Made by a program: the position numbers and the translations under genes. This document shows positions 39,838-51,441 of a stretch of DNA of 64,000 nucleotides, piece after piece; position 1 is the first letter of the stretch, and each line of letters begins with the position of its first letter. The stretch covers positions 1,605-65,604 of the forward strand of contig CACJCN010000007.1 of assembly GCA_902591925.1 (NCBI GenBank). The letters run 5' to 3'. Source of the stretch: an uncultured SAR86 cluster bacterium (GTDB lineage Bacteria > Pseudomonadota > Gammaproteobacteria > Magnimaribacterales > D2472). The notes below the pieces were generated by a model. The model ran no database searches, was not told the DNA's origin, and saw only the letters and a list, made by a program, of their open reading frames with translations.

Positions 39838-40823
39838 TAAGAAGCCGAGCCTGATTCTCCATTATCAATTTCAATATCAAAACATCTTTGAAAGTATTCA
39901 GAAATAATGGACTTTTCAATATCATCGCATTTATTTAAAAAAGTAAGATTAAATGATATAACGAGGTCCTTAAAAATTTTAAAATTTTGTCCCCATGATA
40001 TAACTGTTCTTGGGGACATTAATGTTGAAATATCGCCATTGGCAAACCCAACTCTTGTTAAATTTGCAAGTTTAATCATGTTTTTTATGATTTCTTTATT
40101 CTTTTCTCCTTTAAGATTATTAAGTTTTGACATCACAACCTTCAGTTCCTGAGAAGGATCTAGATAATTTAATGTTGAAAGAATATGCCAACGATCCATT
40201 TGACCTTGATTTATCTGTTGTGTTCCATGGTACAGACCAGTCATATCTCCTAAGCCCACAGTATTCGTTGTTGCAAAAAGTCTAAATGATGAATGAGGAT
40301 TTATAATTTTATTTTGATCTAGTAGAGTAAGTTTGCCTTCAACTTCAAGTATCCTTTGAATAACAAACATAACATCTGGACGACCAGCATCATATTCATC
40401 AAAAACAAGAGCAACAGGATTTTGAATTGACCAAGGAAGAAGACCTTCTTGAAATTCAGTGATTTGTTTCCCATCATTTAGTTTAATAGCATCCTTTCCA
40501 AGCAAATCAATTCTGCTGATGTGACTGTCTAAATTTATTCGAACGCATGGCCAATTTAATCTGGCTGCAATTTGTTCAATATGTGTAGATTTGCCTGTTC
40601 CATGAAAGCCTTGAATCATTACTCTTCTGTTATGCTCAAATCCAGCCAAAATAGATAGAGTTGTCTCTTTATCAAATACATAGGAGCTATCAATCTCTGG
40701 AACCCACGCTGTTTTTTTTGCAAAACCTTTAACTGTTAGCTTTGAATCAATATTAAAAACATCAGCAACACTGATTTTATTATCAGGTTTATTTGGCAAA
40801 TCAATTTCTTTATTTATTGTCAT
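39837..40823 (-). CDS. cobS: CobS-like AAA+ (MoxR-class) ATPase
   Basis: Long near-identical blocks to aerobic CobS as I recall it: [107 protein letters not shown]. Confidence 0.92.
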   Translation of the reverse strand: MTINKEIDLPNKPDNKISVADVFNIDSKLTVKGFAKKTAWVPEIDSSYVFDKETTLSILAGFEHNRRVMIQGFHGTGKSTHIEQIAARLNWPCVRINLDSHISRIDLLGKDAIKLNDGKQITEFQEGLLPWSIQNPVALVFDEYDAGRPDVMFVIQRILEVEGKLTLLDQNKIINPHSSFRLFATTNTVGLGDMTGLYHGTQQINQGQMDRWHILSTLNYLDPSQELKVVMSKLNNLKGEKNKEIIKNMIKLANLTRVGFANGDISTLMSPRTVISWGQNFKIFKDLVISFNLTFLNKCDDIEKSIISEYFQRCFDIEIDNGESGSAS

Positions 40824-40933
40824 TTCTTTATTTAATACGTTCAGGACTGCATATCCTACCTTTTGATAGATTAAAGTTCTAGTTTTTTTGCAAACAATGT
40901 AAGATGTGACCTTAAATTGATTATATATCTATT

Positions 40934-41689
40934 ATGACAGAAAGACTTAAAGGAAAAGTAGCACTCATTACAGGTGCAGCCCAGGGCTTGGGTAAGGAAA
41001 TGGCCAATTCAATGATTGAAGAGGGTGCAGTTGTATTTATTAGTGATATTAATGAGAGCGAATTAAAAAAAACATGTAACGAACTATCTTGCCAAGGCAT
41101 TAATTTAGATGTGACCAAGTCTGAAGACTGGGTATCTGCAATTGAATATATCAAAAATAAAGCCGGATCTCTAAACATATTAGTTAATAATGCAGGTATT
41201 GGTAATGGCGGTGATATTGAATCTACCGATATCGAAACATGGAAATTAGTGCATAATGTAAATTTAGATTCAGTATTTCTTGGTTGCAAACATGCCATTG
41301 AACTAATGAGAGATTCTGGAGATGGCTCAATTATAAATATTTCCTCAATGTCTGGTATTGTTGCCTCACATAATACTTCTGCATATAACTCCTCTAAAGC
41401 TGCAGTTAGACATTTATCAAAATCAATAGCACTTCACTGTGCTAAAACCACTAATCTAGTTAGATGTAATTCCATTCATCCAGTATTTACTAGAACTGCA
41501 ATGGTGCAAACCATGATTGATGCTGCTCCTGAGAGAAACATTGAAGAGAAGCTTATCCAACAGATTCCAATAAGAAAACTTGCTGAACCTAAAGACATTG
41601 CTAATGCAGCCGTTTTTCTTGCATCTGATGAATCATCTTTTATAACAGGGACGGAATTGTTAATAGACGGAGGTCTGAGCGCAACTTAA
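40934..41689 (+). CDS. Classical short-chain dehydrogenase/reductase (SDR)
   Basis: TGAAQGLG cofactor motif, NNAGI, catalytic S...YNSSKAA. Confidence 0.88.
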   Translation: MTERLKGKVALITGAAQGLGKEMANSMIEEGAVVFISDINESELKKTCNELSCQGINLDVTKSEDWVSAIEYIKNKAGSLNILVNNAGIGNGGDIESTDIETWKLVHNVNLDSVFLGCKHAIELMRDSGDGSIINISSMSGIVASHNTSAYNSSKAAVRHLSKSIALHCAKTTNLVRCNSIHPVFTRTAMVQTMIDAAPERNIEEKLIQQIPIRKLAEPKDIANAAVFLASDESSFITGTELLIDGGLSAT

Positions 41690-41694
41690 ATCTT

Positions 41695-42570
41695 ATGAAT
41701 AAAAAATCAGTTCTAAAAAAATCTTTAGAGTTATTTGAGCTTGAAAAAATAGATAGGGATATATTTTCTTGGAATGGAAAAAATGTAGGTTACAAGAGAA
41801 TATTTGGTGGCCAAGTAATGGCACAGACCTTAATAGCAGCATATAAAACTATTGACGTAGAGCATTTTGCTCATTCATATCATTCTTATTTTTTAAGACC
41901 TGGAGATATGGATAAATCCATTACTTTCACGGTTGACCGAATAAGAGATGGAAAAAGCTTCACTACTAGAAGTGTTAAAGCTATACAAGAAGGTGAAGTC
42001 ATATTTAATTGCTCTATATCATTTCAGAAAAGAGAAAAAGGACTTGAGCATCAAATTGAAATGCCAGATGTTCCTGAGCCAGAATCACTTAAAAGCGAGC
42101 AAGAAATCAGAGAAGAAATTCTTAAAGAACTTAAGATGAAAAAAGAAGATATGCCAATGTTTATAAAACAAAGGGAAATTGAGATGCGGCCAGTTGAGCC
42201 TCAAAACTATTTTAAACCAGAGAGAATGCCACCTTATAAAAACACTTGGATTAAAACAGATGGCTCTCTCCCTAAGGATCAAGTAATTCAACAGGCCTTT
42301 CTTTTGTATATATCTGATATGGGACTTTTAGGCGCAGCCAATAATTCTGTTGGTGTAAACTTTTTAACTAAAAATCTTCAAAACGCTAGTCTGGATCATG
42401 CGATGTGGTTCCACAGAAAATTAGATTTAGATGGATGGTTTTTATATTCTATAGACAGTCCTGTAACCAGAAATGCAAGAGGGTTCTCAAGAGGTTCTAT
42501 TTTTTCAAGAGATGGGAAGCTTATTGCATCATGCACTCAAGAGGGTTTAATAAGATTATGGGAAAACTAA
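41695..42570 (+). CDS. tesB: Acyl-CoA thioesterase II (TesB-like double hotdog)
   Basis: FGGQVMAQTLIAA, HSYFLRPGD, DRIRDGKSFTTR, LDHAMWFHR. Confidence 0.88.
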   Translation: MNKKSVLKKSLELFELEKIDRDIFSWNGKNVGYKRIFGGQVMAQTLIAAYKTIDVEHFAHSYHSYFLRPGDMDKSITFTVDRIRDGKSFTTRSVKAIQEGEVIFNCSISFQKREKGLEHQIEMPDVPEPESLKSEQEIREEILKELKMKKEDMPMFIKQREIEMRPVEPQNYFKPERMPPYKNTWIKTDGSLPKDQVIQQAFLLYISDMGLLGAANNSVGVNFLTKNLQNASLDHAMWFHRKLDLDGWFLYSIDSPVTRNARGFSRGSIFSRDGKLIASCTQEGLIRLWEN

Positions 42571-43600
42571 TACTCTCTGACAATATTTGTTAAATATTTA
42601 ATTTTATCGGGACTAATATCTGGAGTTATACCATGTCCCAAATTAAAAATATAACCAGGATATTCTTTAAATCTTTCAAGAATTTTATAGGTCTCCCTTT
42701 TTATTGCTTCATCACTTTCAAGTAGAATTTTTGGATCAAGGTTGCCTTGAATAGCAACCTTATTTTTAGCTACCTCAAAATTCAAATCATTCATTGACCA
42801 GAACAGACTTATGCAGTCAGCAGAAGTGTTAATTAATTCTTCGATGTTACATTTTGGATTTCGAGCAAAAATAATAACTGGAATATTTTTTGTCATAGGA
42901 TCAAGTTTCAAGGCTGAGATCAAAGAATTTATATAATTAAAAGAAAATTCAATAAGGTCTTCCTTCGTTAGTAGATTTGCCCAAGAATCAAATATCTGAA
43001 TCACATCAGCACCTGATTGCACTTGCTTTCTTAAGTACAAAAAACATGCGTCCGTATATTTTATTAATAAATCATGAACATCTTTTTGATTTGATTTTAA
43101 AAAGCCTAATGTCTTCTCAAAGTCTTTTGATGATCTTCCCTCTATTGAATATGCAGCTAAAGTCCAAGGGCTTCCACAGAATCCAATTAATGGTATTTCT
43201 TCTGGCAGAGAGCTTTTAATATTATTCACTGCCTTGTAGACATAATCTAAACTTTCAGGATCAAAGTGATTGAGATTTTTAATATCTGTACCGTTACTAA
43301 TAGGATTTCTAAAAACAGGTCCTTCTTTTTCAATAAACTCCACACCAAGCCCAAAAGAGTCAGGGATTGTTAAGATATCTGAGAATAGGATTGCAGCATC
43401 CAATTCAAATGCATTAATAGGCTGTAACGCAAGTTCACAACATATATCTGGCTCTTTGCACATATCTAAAAAATTTTTAAATTTTTTTCTAACATTTTGG
43501 TACTCTGGCATGTATCTTCCAGCTTGACGCATGTACCATATGGGAGGTGTTGGGAGACTTTCTTTATTTAATGCTTTAAGAAATGACGAATCTGAGTTCA

Positions 43601-43601
<1 letters not shown>
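42567..43601 (-). CDS. hemE: Uroporphyrinogen decarboxylase (HemE)
   Basis: PPIWYMRQAGRYMPEY, ILFSDILTIP, FNLGHGI. Confidence 0.95.
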
Positions 43602-45253
<1,652 letters not shown>

Positions 45254-45262
45254 TTATTAAGT

Positions 45263-45280
45263 GTATGACATAGTATGACA
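45263..45280. repeat. Tandem direct repeat GTATGACA x2 with 10-nt period in the gltD-gltB spacer
   Basis: GTATGACA at 45263-45270 and 45273-45280. Variant GTATGATA at 45306-45313. Confidence 0.6.
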
Positions 45281-45338
45281 CTTTTCTTTGATAATTCATA
45301 GCATTGTATGATATAGTTTGTCTTCACACTTTAACAAT

Positions 45339-48300
45339 ATGTCAAAATTATTTTCAAAAGATGACTTTAGAGATAACTGTGGATTTGGCTTAATAGCTGA
45401 TATCAACGGCATTAAATCTCATAAAATTATCAATAAATCGATTAGTGCCCTCACAAGTATGACTCATCGTGGAGCAATAGGCGCTGATGGAAAAACAGGC
45501 GACGGATGTGGGCTTTTATTAAATTTAGATAAAGATTTTTTCAAAAATGCTATTTCTGAAGAACAAGGAGTAGAAATTTCAAATGAATTTGCAATAGGAC
45601 AATTATTTACTAATCATAAAATTGAATCTGTGCTTTCTAAAATTGAAAAAATTCTCAAAAGTGAAAACCTTATTCTAAAGGCTGTGCGTCCTGTACCAGT
45701 AAATGAAGATATTCTTGGCACAATAGCTTCAAGTTGCTTACCAAATATTTATCAACTATTTATTCAATCTTCAGACAAAGTCTTTTATGAAGAAAAATTT
45801 GAAACCAATCTTTATCAGGCAAGGAAATTAATTGAAGAGATATATCTTGATGATGAGCAATTATATTTTTGTAGCTTGTCTTCAAAAACAATTATTTATA
45901 AAGGTTTAATGCTTCCTGATGCAATTCAAGATTTTTATTTAGATCTTAAATCATCTAAATTTGAGTCATCTATTTGTGTTTTTCATCAAAGGTTTTCAAC
46001 AAACACTCACCCAAGATGGCACTTAGCACAGCCATTTAGATTGTTAGCGCATAATGGTGAAATTAATGCAATAAGAGGCAATAGAAATTGGGTCAAAGCT
46101 CGTTCATCAAAGTTTAAAAGTCCAAGACTACCAAAAATCCAAGAATTTAAACAACTGGTAAATGAAAAAGGGTCTGATTCTTCTGCTTTAGATAATATGA
46201 TAGAAATTCTTTTAAATGGAGGAGTGAAATTATTTAGGGCAATAAGAATGGTTATGCCACCAGCATGGCAAAATGCATATTTGCTTGATCCTGATGTAAG
46301 GAGCTTCCATGAATATAATTCAATGCACATGGAACCATGGGATGGCCCAGCTGGAATAGTGATGTCTGATGGTAAATGGGCGGTATGTATGCTTGATAGA
46401 AACGGTTTAAGGCCTGCCAGATATCAAATTGACAAAGACAATATCATTACAATTGCATCTGAAACTGGTGTAAATCCAAAGAATAGCGAAAATATAATTA
46501 AAAAAGGTAGAGTTTCACCTGGCGGTATCCTTGCTGTAAATACATTTACAGGGGAGATTATAGACGAAAAACAGATAGATAATTCTCTTAAAGATAAGCT
46601 GCCATACAGGGAATGGTTAAAACAGCAAACAGTTTATATTGAATCTAGCTTAGATAAGTATGAAGGACCGGGCTTAAAAAAAATTTCTGGAAGTGAATTA
46701 TCTATAGCATCTAAAATGTTTTTACTTCATAAAGAAGAAAGAACCTCTGTAATTAAGCCTCTAGCTGTTGAATCCAATGAAGGAACCGGCTCAATGGGAG
46801 ACGATACAGCCTTAGCTGTAATGAGTAAAATGCACAGACAAATATATGATTACTTTAGACAACAATTTGCACAAGTAACAAATCCTCCTATTGATTCTTT
46901 GAGAGAGGCTAGTGTTATGTCTCTAGAAACTTGTTATGGACCAGAACTTAATGTATTTGATGAAACACCTGATCATGCCAAAAGATTAGTAACTACATCA
47001 CCTGTACTATCATTTAAAAAACTTCAGTCGATTATTAACAATAAACATTTCAGCAATGTAGAGATTAATCTTGAGTATGCAAAAAGTGCCAGCTTAGAAA
47101 AAGCTCTAAAGAAACTCCAAGAAAATGTTGTAAAAGAGGTTAAAAATGGAAAAGTCATAATACATCTTGTTGAAAAAGTACCAAGCAAAAATTATTTGCC
47201 GATCAATGCATTGCTTGCTGTAGGCTGTGTTCATCAAATGCTTGTAAGCCTAGGATTAAGATCTGATGCAAACATAGTTATATCAACATCATCTGCTAGA
47301 GATACACATCAAATTGCATGCCTCATAGGTTTTGGTGCAACTGCTGTATATCCATCACTTGCGTATCAAACAATTCTCGATCTTTCTGATAGAAATGAGA
47401 TTAAAGGAATGCCACATGAAAATTGTGCTAGATATAGAAAAGGAGTTAATAAAGGCTTATTAAAAATAATTTCAAAGATGGGTATATCATCAATTTCTAG
47501 TTATAGAGGCTCACAGTTATTTGAAATAGTTGGACTTAACAATGATGTTGTTGATTTATGTTTTACAAACTCTATAAGTAGAATTGCAGGTAAAAATTTT
47601 GATGATCTAGACAATGAAAATAAAAAATTAAGTGAATATGCTACATCTAATTTATCTGACATTAGTGTAGGAGGACTCTTAAAATATGTTCATGGTGGCG
47701 AATATCATACATACAATCCAGAGATTGTAAAAAAACTTCAGGAGGCTGTTTCGACTGGATCAGATCAAAAATATCAAGAATATGCAGATCTAGTTGATAA
47801 AAGACCGCCGGCAATGCTGAGGGATATCCTTGGAATCAAAAAATCAAAAAAAAGTATTGATATAAAAAAGGTTGAAGCTAATAAAAAAATATTAAAGAGA
47901 TTTGATTCTGCTGGAATGAGTCTAGGTGCTTTATCTCCAAAAGCCCATGAAACATTAGCAGAGGCAATGAATTCGCTTGGATCGAGATCAAATTCTGGTG
48001 AAGGGGGTGAAGCGAAAGAAAGATATGACACATTAAAAATGTCGAAAATAAAACAAGTCGCTTCTGGAAGATTTGGAGTAACACCACATTATTTAGTTAA
48101 TGCTGAAGTATTACAAATAAAAATTGCTCAAGGAGCAAAACCCGGTGAGGGAGGCCAATTACCAGGCGGAAAAGTTGATAGCTTGATTGCTAAATTGAGG
48201 TATTCAACTCCAGGAGTTACCTTAATTTCTCCACCTCCACATCATGATATTTACTCGATTGAAGACTTAGCACAATTGATTTTCGATCTTAAGCAAGTTA

Positions 48301-49772
48301 ATTCAAAAGCCCTTGTATCTGTAAAGCTTGTCTCAGAACCAGGTGTGGGAACCATTGCATCAGGCGTAGCAAAAGCATACGCTGACTTAATTACTATTTC
48401 TGGTCATGATGGTGGAACAGGCGCGAGTCCACTTACTTCAATAAGATATGCAGGATCACCTTGGGAGCTCGGTTTGGCAGAGGCTCATCAAAGTCTCAGA
48501 GACAGTGGACTTCGTCACAAAATTAGGCTGCAAGCTGACGGTGGAATGAAAACTGGTCTTGATGTTATAAAAGCGGCAATGCTTGGTGCAGAATCATTTG
48601 GTTTTGGCACAGGACCAATGATAGCAATGGGATGCAAGTATCTAAGAATCTGTCATTTAAATAATTGTGCAACTGGAGTAGCCACACAGAGAAAAGACTT
48701 AATTAATCAACATTTTATTGGCGAAAAAGAGAGAGTAATAAATTACTTTAATTTCATTGCCAATGATGTAAGAAAATATTTAGCTGAGTTAGGTGTAAAA
48801 CAACTTGAAGATATTATTGGTAAGACACACTACTTATATCAATTGGACGAAATTGAAGACTATCTAAAAAATATTGATCTATCTCCAATTTTATATTCAG
48901 ATTTAAATAATAAAGAATCTAATTTTTGCAAAGTATCAAAAAATAATCCTTGGGATAAAGCAGATTTATCTAGAAAGATATTGTCTGATGTGAAAGATAT
49001 TATTAACAAAGATAAAAAAGGGAGTTTTAGTTATAACATTTCTAATACAGACCGATCTGTCGGTGCAAATATTTCAGGAGAAATCGCATCTAGATATGGT
49101 GAAGATGGACTATCAAGCAGCTTAAATCTTAACTTTATGGGGTCTGCTGGACAAAGTTTTGGATGTTGGAATGCTAATGGCTTAAATTTGTTATTAAATG
49201 GTGATGCAAATGATTATGTTGGTAAAGGAATGAATGGAGGAAAAATAATTATCAAAAATGATGCTGATTTTGCTATCAATGATAAAAAAACCATTCTTGC
49301 TGGTAATACATGTCTTTATGGAGCAACTGGCGGGGAAGTTTATATATCTGGTTCAGTTGGAGAAAGATTTGCGGTAAGAAATTCAGGAGCTAAAGCAGTT
49401 ATTGAAGGTGCTGGCGATCATTGTTGTGAATATATGACTGGAGGACATATTACTGTTCTTGGAGATGTTGGTTTAAATTTTGCTGCAGGCATGACTGGAG
49501 GATTTGCATATGTCTTAGATGAAGACAGAACATTTTTTGATAAATGTAATAGAGGCTTAGTAGGTTTGGAGAGGATCACAACTGAGGAGATGCAGCCCCA
49601 TAGGAAACATTTAAAAGAAATATTATCTAATCATCATAAGTACACTAATAGTCAAAAGGCGAGAGAGATTTTAGAAGACTTTGACAGATTTGAATCTAAT
49701 TTTTGGCTTGTAATCCCTGCAGCTTCAAACATTCAAGATCTTTTAAAGGCAACAACTGCGAATGCAGCTTAA
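45339..49772 (+). CDS. gltB: Glutamate synthase large subunit (GltB)
   Basis: RDNCGFGLIA Ntn-amidotransferase N-terminus, FMN and 3Fe-4S domains (LISPPPHHDIYSIEDLAQLI, GHDGGTGASP, CHLNNCATG), C-terminal GXGXG beta-helix. ATG at 45339 preferred over the TTG at 45318; either is compatible with propeptide removal before Cys. Confidence 0.96.
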   Translation: MSKLFSKDDFRDNCGFGLIADINGIKSHKIINKSISALTSMTHRGAIGADGKTGDGCGLLLNLDKDFFKNAISEEQGVEISNEFAIGQLFTNHKIESVLSKIEKILKSENLILKAVRPVPVNEDILGTIASSCLPNIYQLFIQSSDKVFYEEKFETNLYQARKLIEEIYLDDEQLYFCSLSSKTIIYKGLMLPDAIQDFYLDLKSSKFESSICVFHQRFSTNTHPRWHLAQPFRLLAHNGEINAIRGNRNWVKARSSKFKSPRLPKIQEFKQLVNEKGSDSSALDNMIEILLNGGVKLFRAIRMVMPPAWQNAYLLDPDVRSFHEYNSMHMEPWDGPAGIVMSDGKWAVCMLDRNGLRPARYQIDKDNIITIASETGVNPKNSENIIKKGRVSPGGILAVNTFTGEIIDEKQIDNSLKDKLPYREWLKQQTVYIESSLDKYEGPGLKKISGSELSIASKMFLLHKEERTSVIKPLAVESNEGTGSMGDDTALAVMSKMHRQIYDYFRQQFAQVTNPPIDSLREASVMSLETCYGPELNVFDETPDHAKRLVTTSPVLSFKKLQSIINNKHFSNVEINLEYAKSASLEKALKKLQENVVKEVKNGKVIIHLVEKVPSKNYLPINALLAVGCVHQMLVSLGLRSDANIVISTSSARDTHQIACLIGFGATAVYPSLAYQTILDLSDRNEIKGMPHENCARYRKGVNKGLLKIISKMGISSISSYRGSQLFEIVGLNNDVVDLCFTNSISRIAGKNFDDLDNENKKLSEYATSNLSDISVGGLLKYVHGGEYHTYNPEIVKKLQEAVSTGSDQKYQEYADLVDKRPPAMLRDILGIKKSKKSIDIKKVEANKKILKRFDSAGMSLGALSPKAHETLAEAMNSLGSRSNSGEGGEAKERYDTLKMSKIKQVASGRFGVTPHYLVNAEVLQIKIAQGAKPGEGGQLPGGKVDSLIAKLRYSTPGVTLISPPPHHDIYSIEDLAQLIFDLKQVNSKALVSVKLVSEPGVGTIASGVAKAYADLITISGHDGGTGASPLTSIRYAGSPWELGLAEAHQSLRDSGLRHKIRLQADGGMKTGLDVIKAAMLGAESFGFGTGPMIAMGCKYLRICHLNNCATGVATQRKDLINQHFIGEKERVINYFNFIANDVRKYLAELGVKQLEDIIGKTHYLYQLDEIEDYLKNIDLSPILYSDLNNKESNFCKVSKNNPWDKADLSRKILSDVKDIINKDKKGSFSYNISNTDRSVGANISGEIASRYGEDGLSSSLNLNFMGSAGQSFGCWNANGLNLLLNGDANDYVGKGMNGGKIIIKNDADFAINDKKTILAGNTCLYGATGGEVYISGSVGERFAVRNSGAKAVIEGAGDHCCEYMTGGHITVLGDVGLNFAAGMTGGFAYVLDEDRTFFDKCNRGLVGLERITTEEMQPHRKHLKEILSNHHKYTNSQKAREILEDFDRFESNFWLVIPAASNIQDLLKATTANAA

Positions 49773-50833
49773 CCTAAAACTTTTTTAATATTTTTTAAGT
49801 TATATTTCGATGTTAAAAAACCATTAAAGTTTTTATCAATCATAACTAAATTTAGTTTCCCATTAGAAACTTTTTTATCTTTAGCCATAAACGGCTTTAA
49901 TTTTGCATAATTATATTTGCTGTAGTCAGATTCTAATTCTAATGAATCAATAATATCTAACACTTTTTTTAACTGATCATCTTTTATATATCCCTCATAA
50001 AGTGATAATTTAGAGGCAATAATCATTCCAAGTACGATAGCAGCGCCATGAGTTATATTTTTGTATTTTTTATATGCTTCAATAGCATGTCCGAATGTGT
50101 GTCCAAAGTTTAGTATTGCTCTGATACCAGATTCTTTTTCATCCTTAGTTACAATTTTTGCCTTTGTTTTTATTGATTGCTCTATAACAATTTTTAAAGT
50201 TGATTCCTTTCGTTCAATAATTTGCTTTGATTTGTCTTCTATAATTTTTTTTAATGTTTTATTTCCAATGAATGAATATTTTATGACTTCACCAAGACCT
50301 GATTTGTACTCATCCTCAGATAAAGTCCTTAAGTATTGTGTAGAAATTAATACGCATTTAGGATTATAAAATGCACCTACGAGATTTTTGCCTTGTGGAA
50401 TATTTATTGCTGTTTTTCCTCCTACAGATGAATCAACTTGTGCCAATAGAGTAGTAGGTATTTGAATGTAGCTAATACCTCTTAAATAAGTCGATGCTAC
50501 AAATCCTGTTATGTCCCCAACAACACCGCCACCAAATGCAATTAAATAATCGCTACGATCAAATTTTAATTTAGAGAGCTCATTAATTATTTTTTTATAA
50601 GAATAATAAGATTTTGATTTTTCACCTTTGGGCAAGGTAAAAATATGTATACTTTTGTTATTGATATTAGACTTTAGGTGTTTTAAATATTTTTTTGGAA
50701 TGCCGCTATCGGTAACAACTAAAATTTTACTATGTTTATTGAGATATCTATTAATGAGATTCTTTGATAATTCTTTATCTTCAATATGAATATTATATTT
50801 TGACTTACCTTTACCTGCTGAAATTATTGACAT
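49769..50833 (-). CDS. aroB: 3-dehydroquinate synthase (AroB)
   Basis: GGGVVGDITGF, IQIPTTLLAQVDSSVGGKTAIN, NFGHTFGHAIE. Confidence 0.93.
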   Translation of the reverse strand: MSIISAGKGKSKYNIHIEDKELSKNLINRYLNKHSKILVVTDSGIPKKYLKHLKSNINNKSIHIFTLPKGEKSKSYYSYKKIINELSKLKFDRSDYLIAFGGGVVGDITGFVASTYLRGISYIQIPTTLLAQVDSSVGGKTAINIPQGKNLVGAFYNPKCVLISTQYLRTLSEDEYKSGLGEVIKYSFIGNKTLKKIIEDKSKQIIERKESTLKIVIEQSIKTKAKIVTKDEKESGIRAILNFGHTFGHAIEAYKKYKNITHGAAIVLGMIIASKLSLYEGYIKDDQLKKVLDIIDSLELESDYSKYNYAKLKPFMAKDKKVSNGKLNLVMIDKNFNGFLTSKYNLKNIKKVLG

Positions 50834-50835
50834 AA

Positions 50836-51339
50836 TTAACTTTTAACTAGCTTGATTATTTCAGAAGCAACTTCTTGACTAGATTTATTTTCAGTTTCAA
50901 CAATATGATCTGAAACGGATTTATAAAATTCTTTCCTTTCATCATGGAGCTTAGATAATATTTTTTCAGGATCACCGTTTTTTAAGAGAGGTCTATCTTT
51001 ATCTTTGGCTGTTCTTTCAACTTGAACAGATATTGGTGTTGATAAATAAAAAACTGTTCCTCTTGAAGACAATAGCTCTCTATTAGAGGATTCTAAGACA
51101 ATGCCTCCACCAGTTGAAAGAACTATTGAATTTCTTTTCACCATTTCATCTAGCATTTCAGATTCTCTTTTTCGAAACCCTGATTCTCCCTCTAAGTCAA
51201 AAATCCAATCTATCGAGGCACCAGTTCTTTTTTCAATCTCATCATCGGTATCAAAAAAATCTAAAAATAATTCATCAGATATTATTTTGCCTACAGTAGA
51301 CTTACCAGAACCCATTGGACCAACAATAAAAATATTCAT
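50836..51339 (-). CDS. aroK: Shikimate kinase (AroK)
   Basis: NIFIVGPMGSGKSTVGK, FDTDDEIE, STGGG. Confidence 0.93.
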   Translation of the reverse strand: MNIFIVGPMGSGKSTVGKIISDELFLDFFDTDDEIEKRTGASIDWIFDLEGESGFRKRESEMLDEMVKRNSIVLSTGGGIVLESSNRELLSSRGTVFYLSTPISVQVERTAKDKDRPLLKNGDPEKILSKLHDERKEFYKSVSDHIVETENKSSQEVASEIIKLVKS

Positions 51340-51441
51340 AGTTATAAAAAAATTTAGCGAAATTTTAACACTTAAAGTAAAAATTACACTTTTTAAATCA
51401 TAAAAGATTTATTATCAAAAGTTTAAGATTTAAAATAACTT

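Noticed and set aside
45318-45338. TTG start for gltB at 45318
   Set aside because: An ATG seven codons downstream (45339) gives MSKLFSKDDFRDNCGFGLIA, a normal short propeptide before the catalytic Cys. The TTG cannot be excluded, but it is less parsimonious.
46007-48087. Minus-strand ORFs 46007-46330, 47774-48031 and 47878-48087 within gltB
   Set aside because: gltB is continuous and highly conserved across this region, so these are antisense shadow ORFs.
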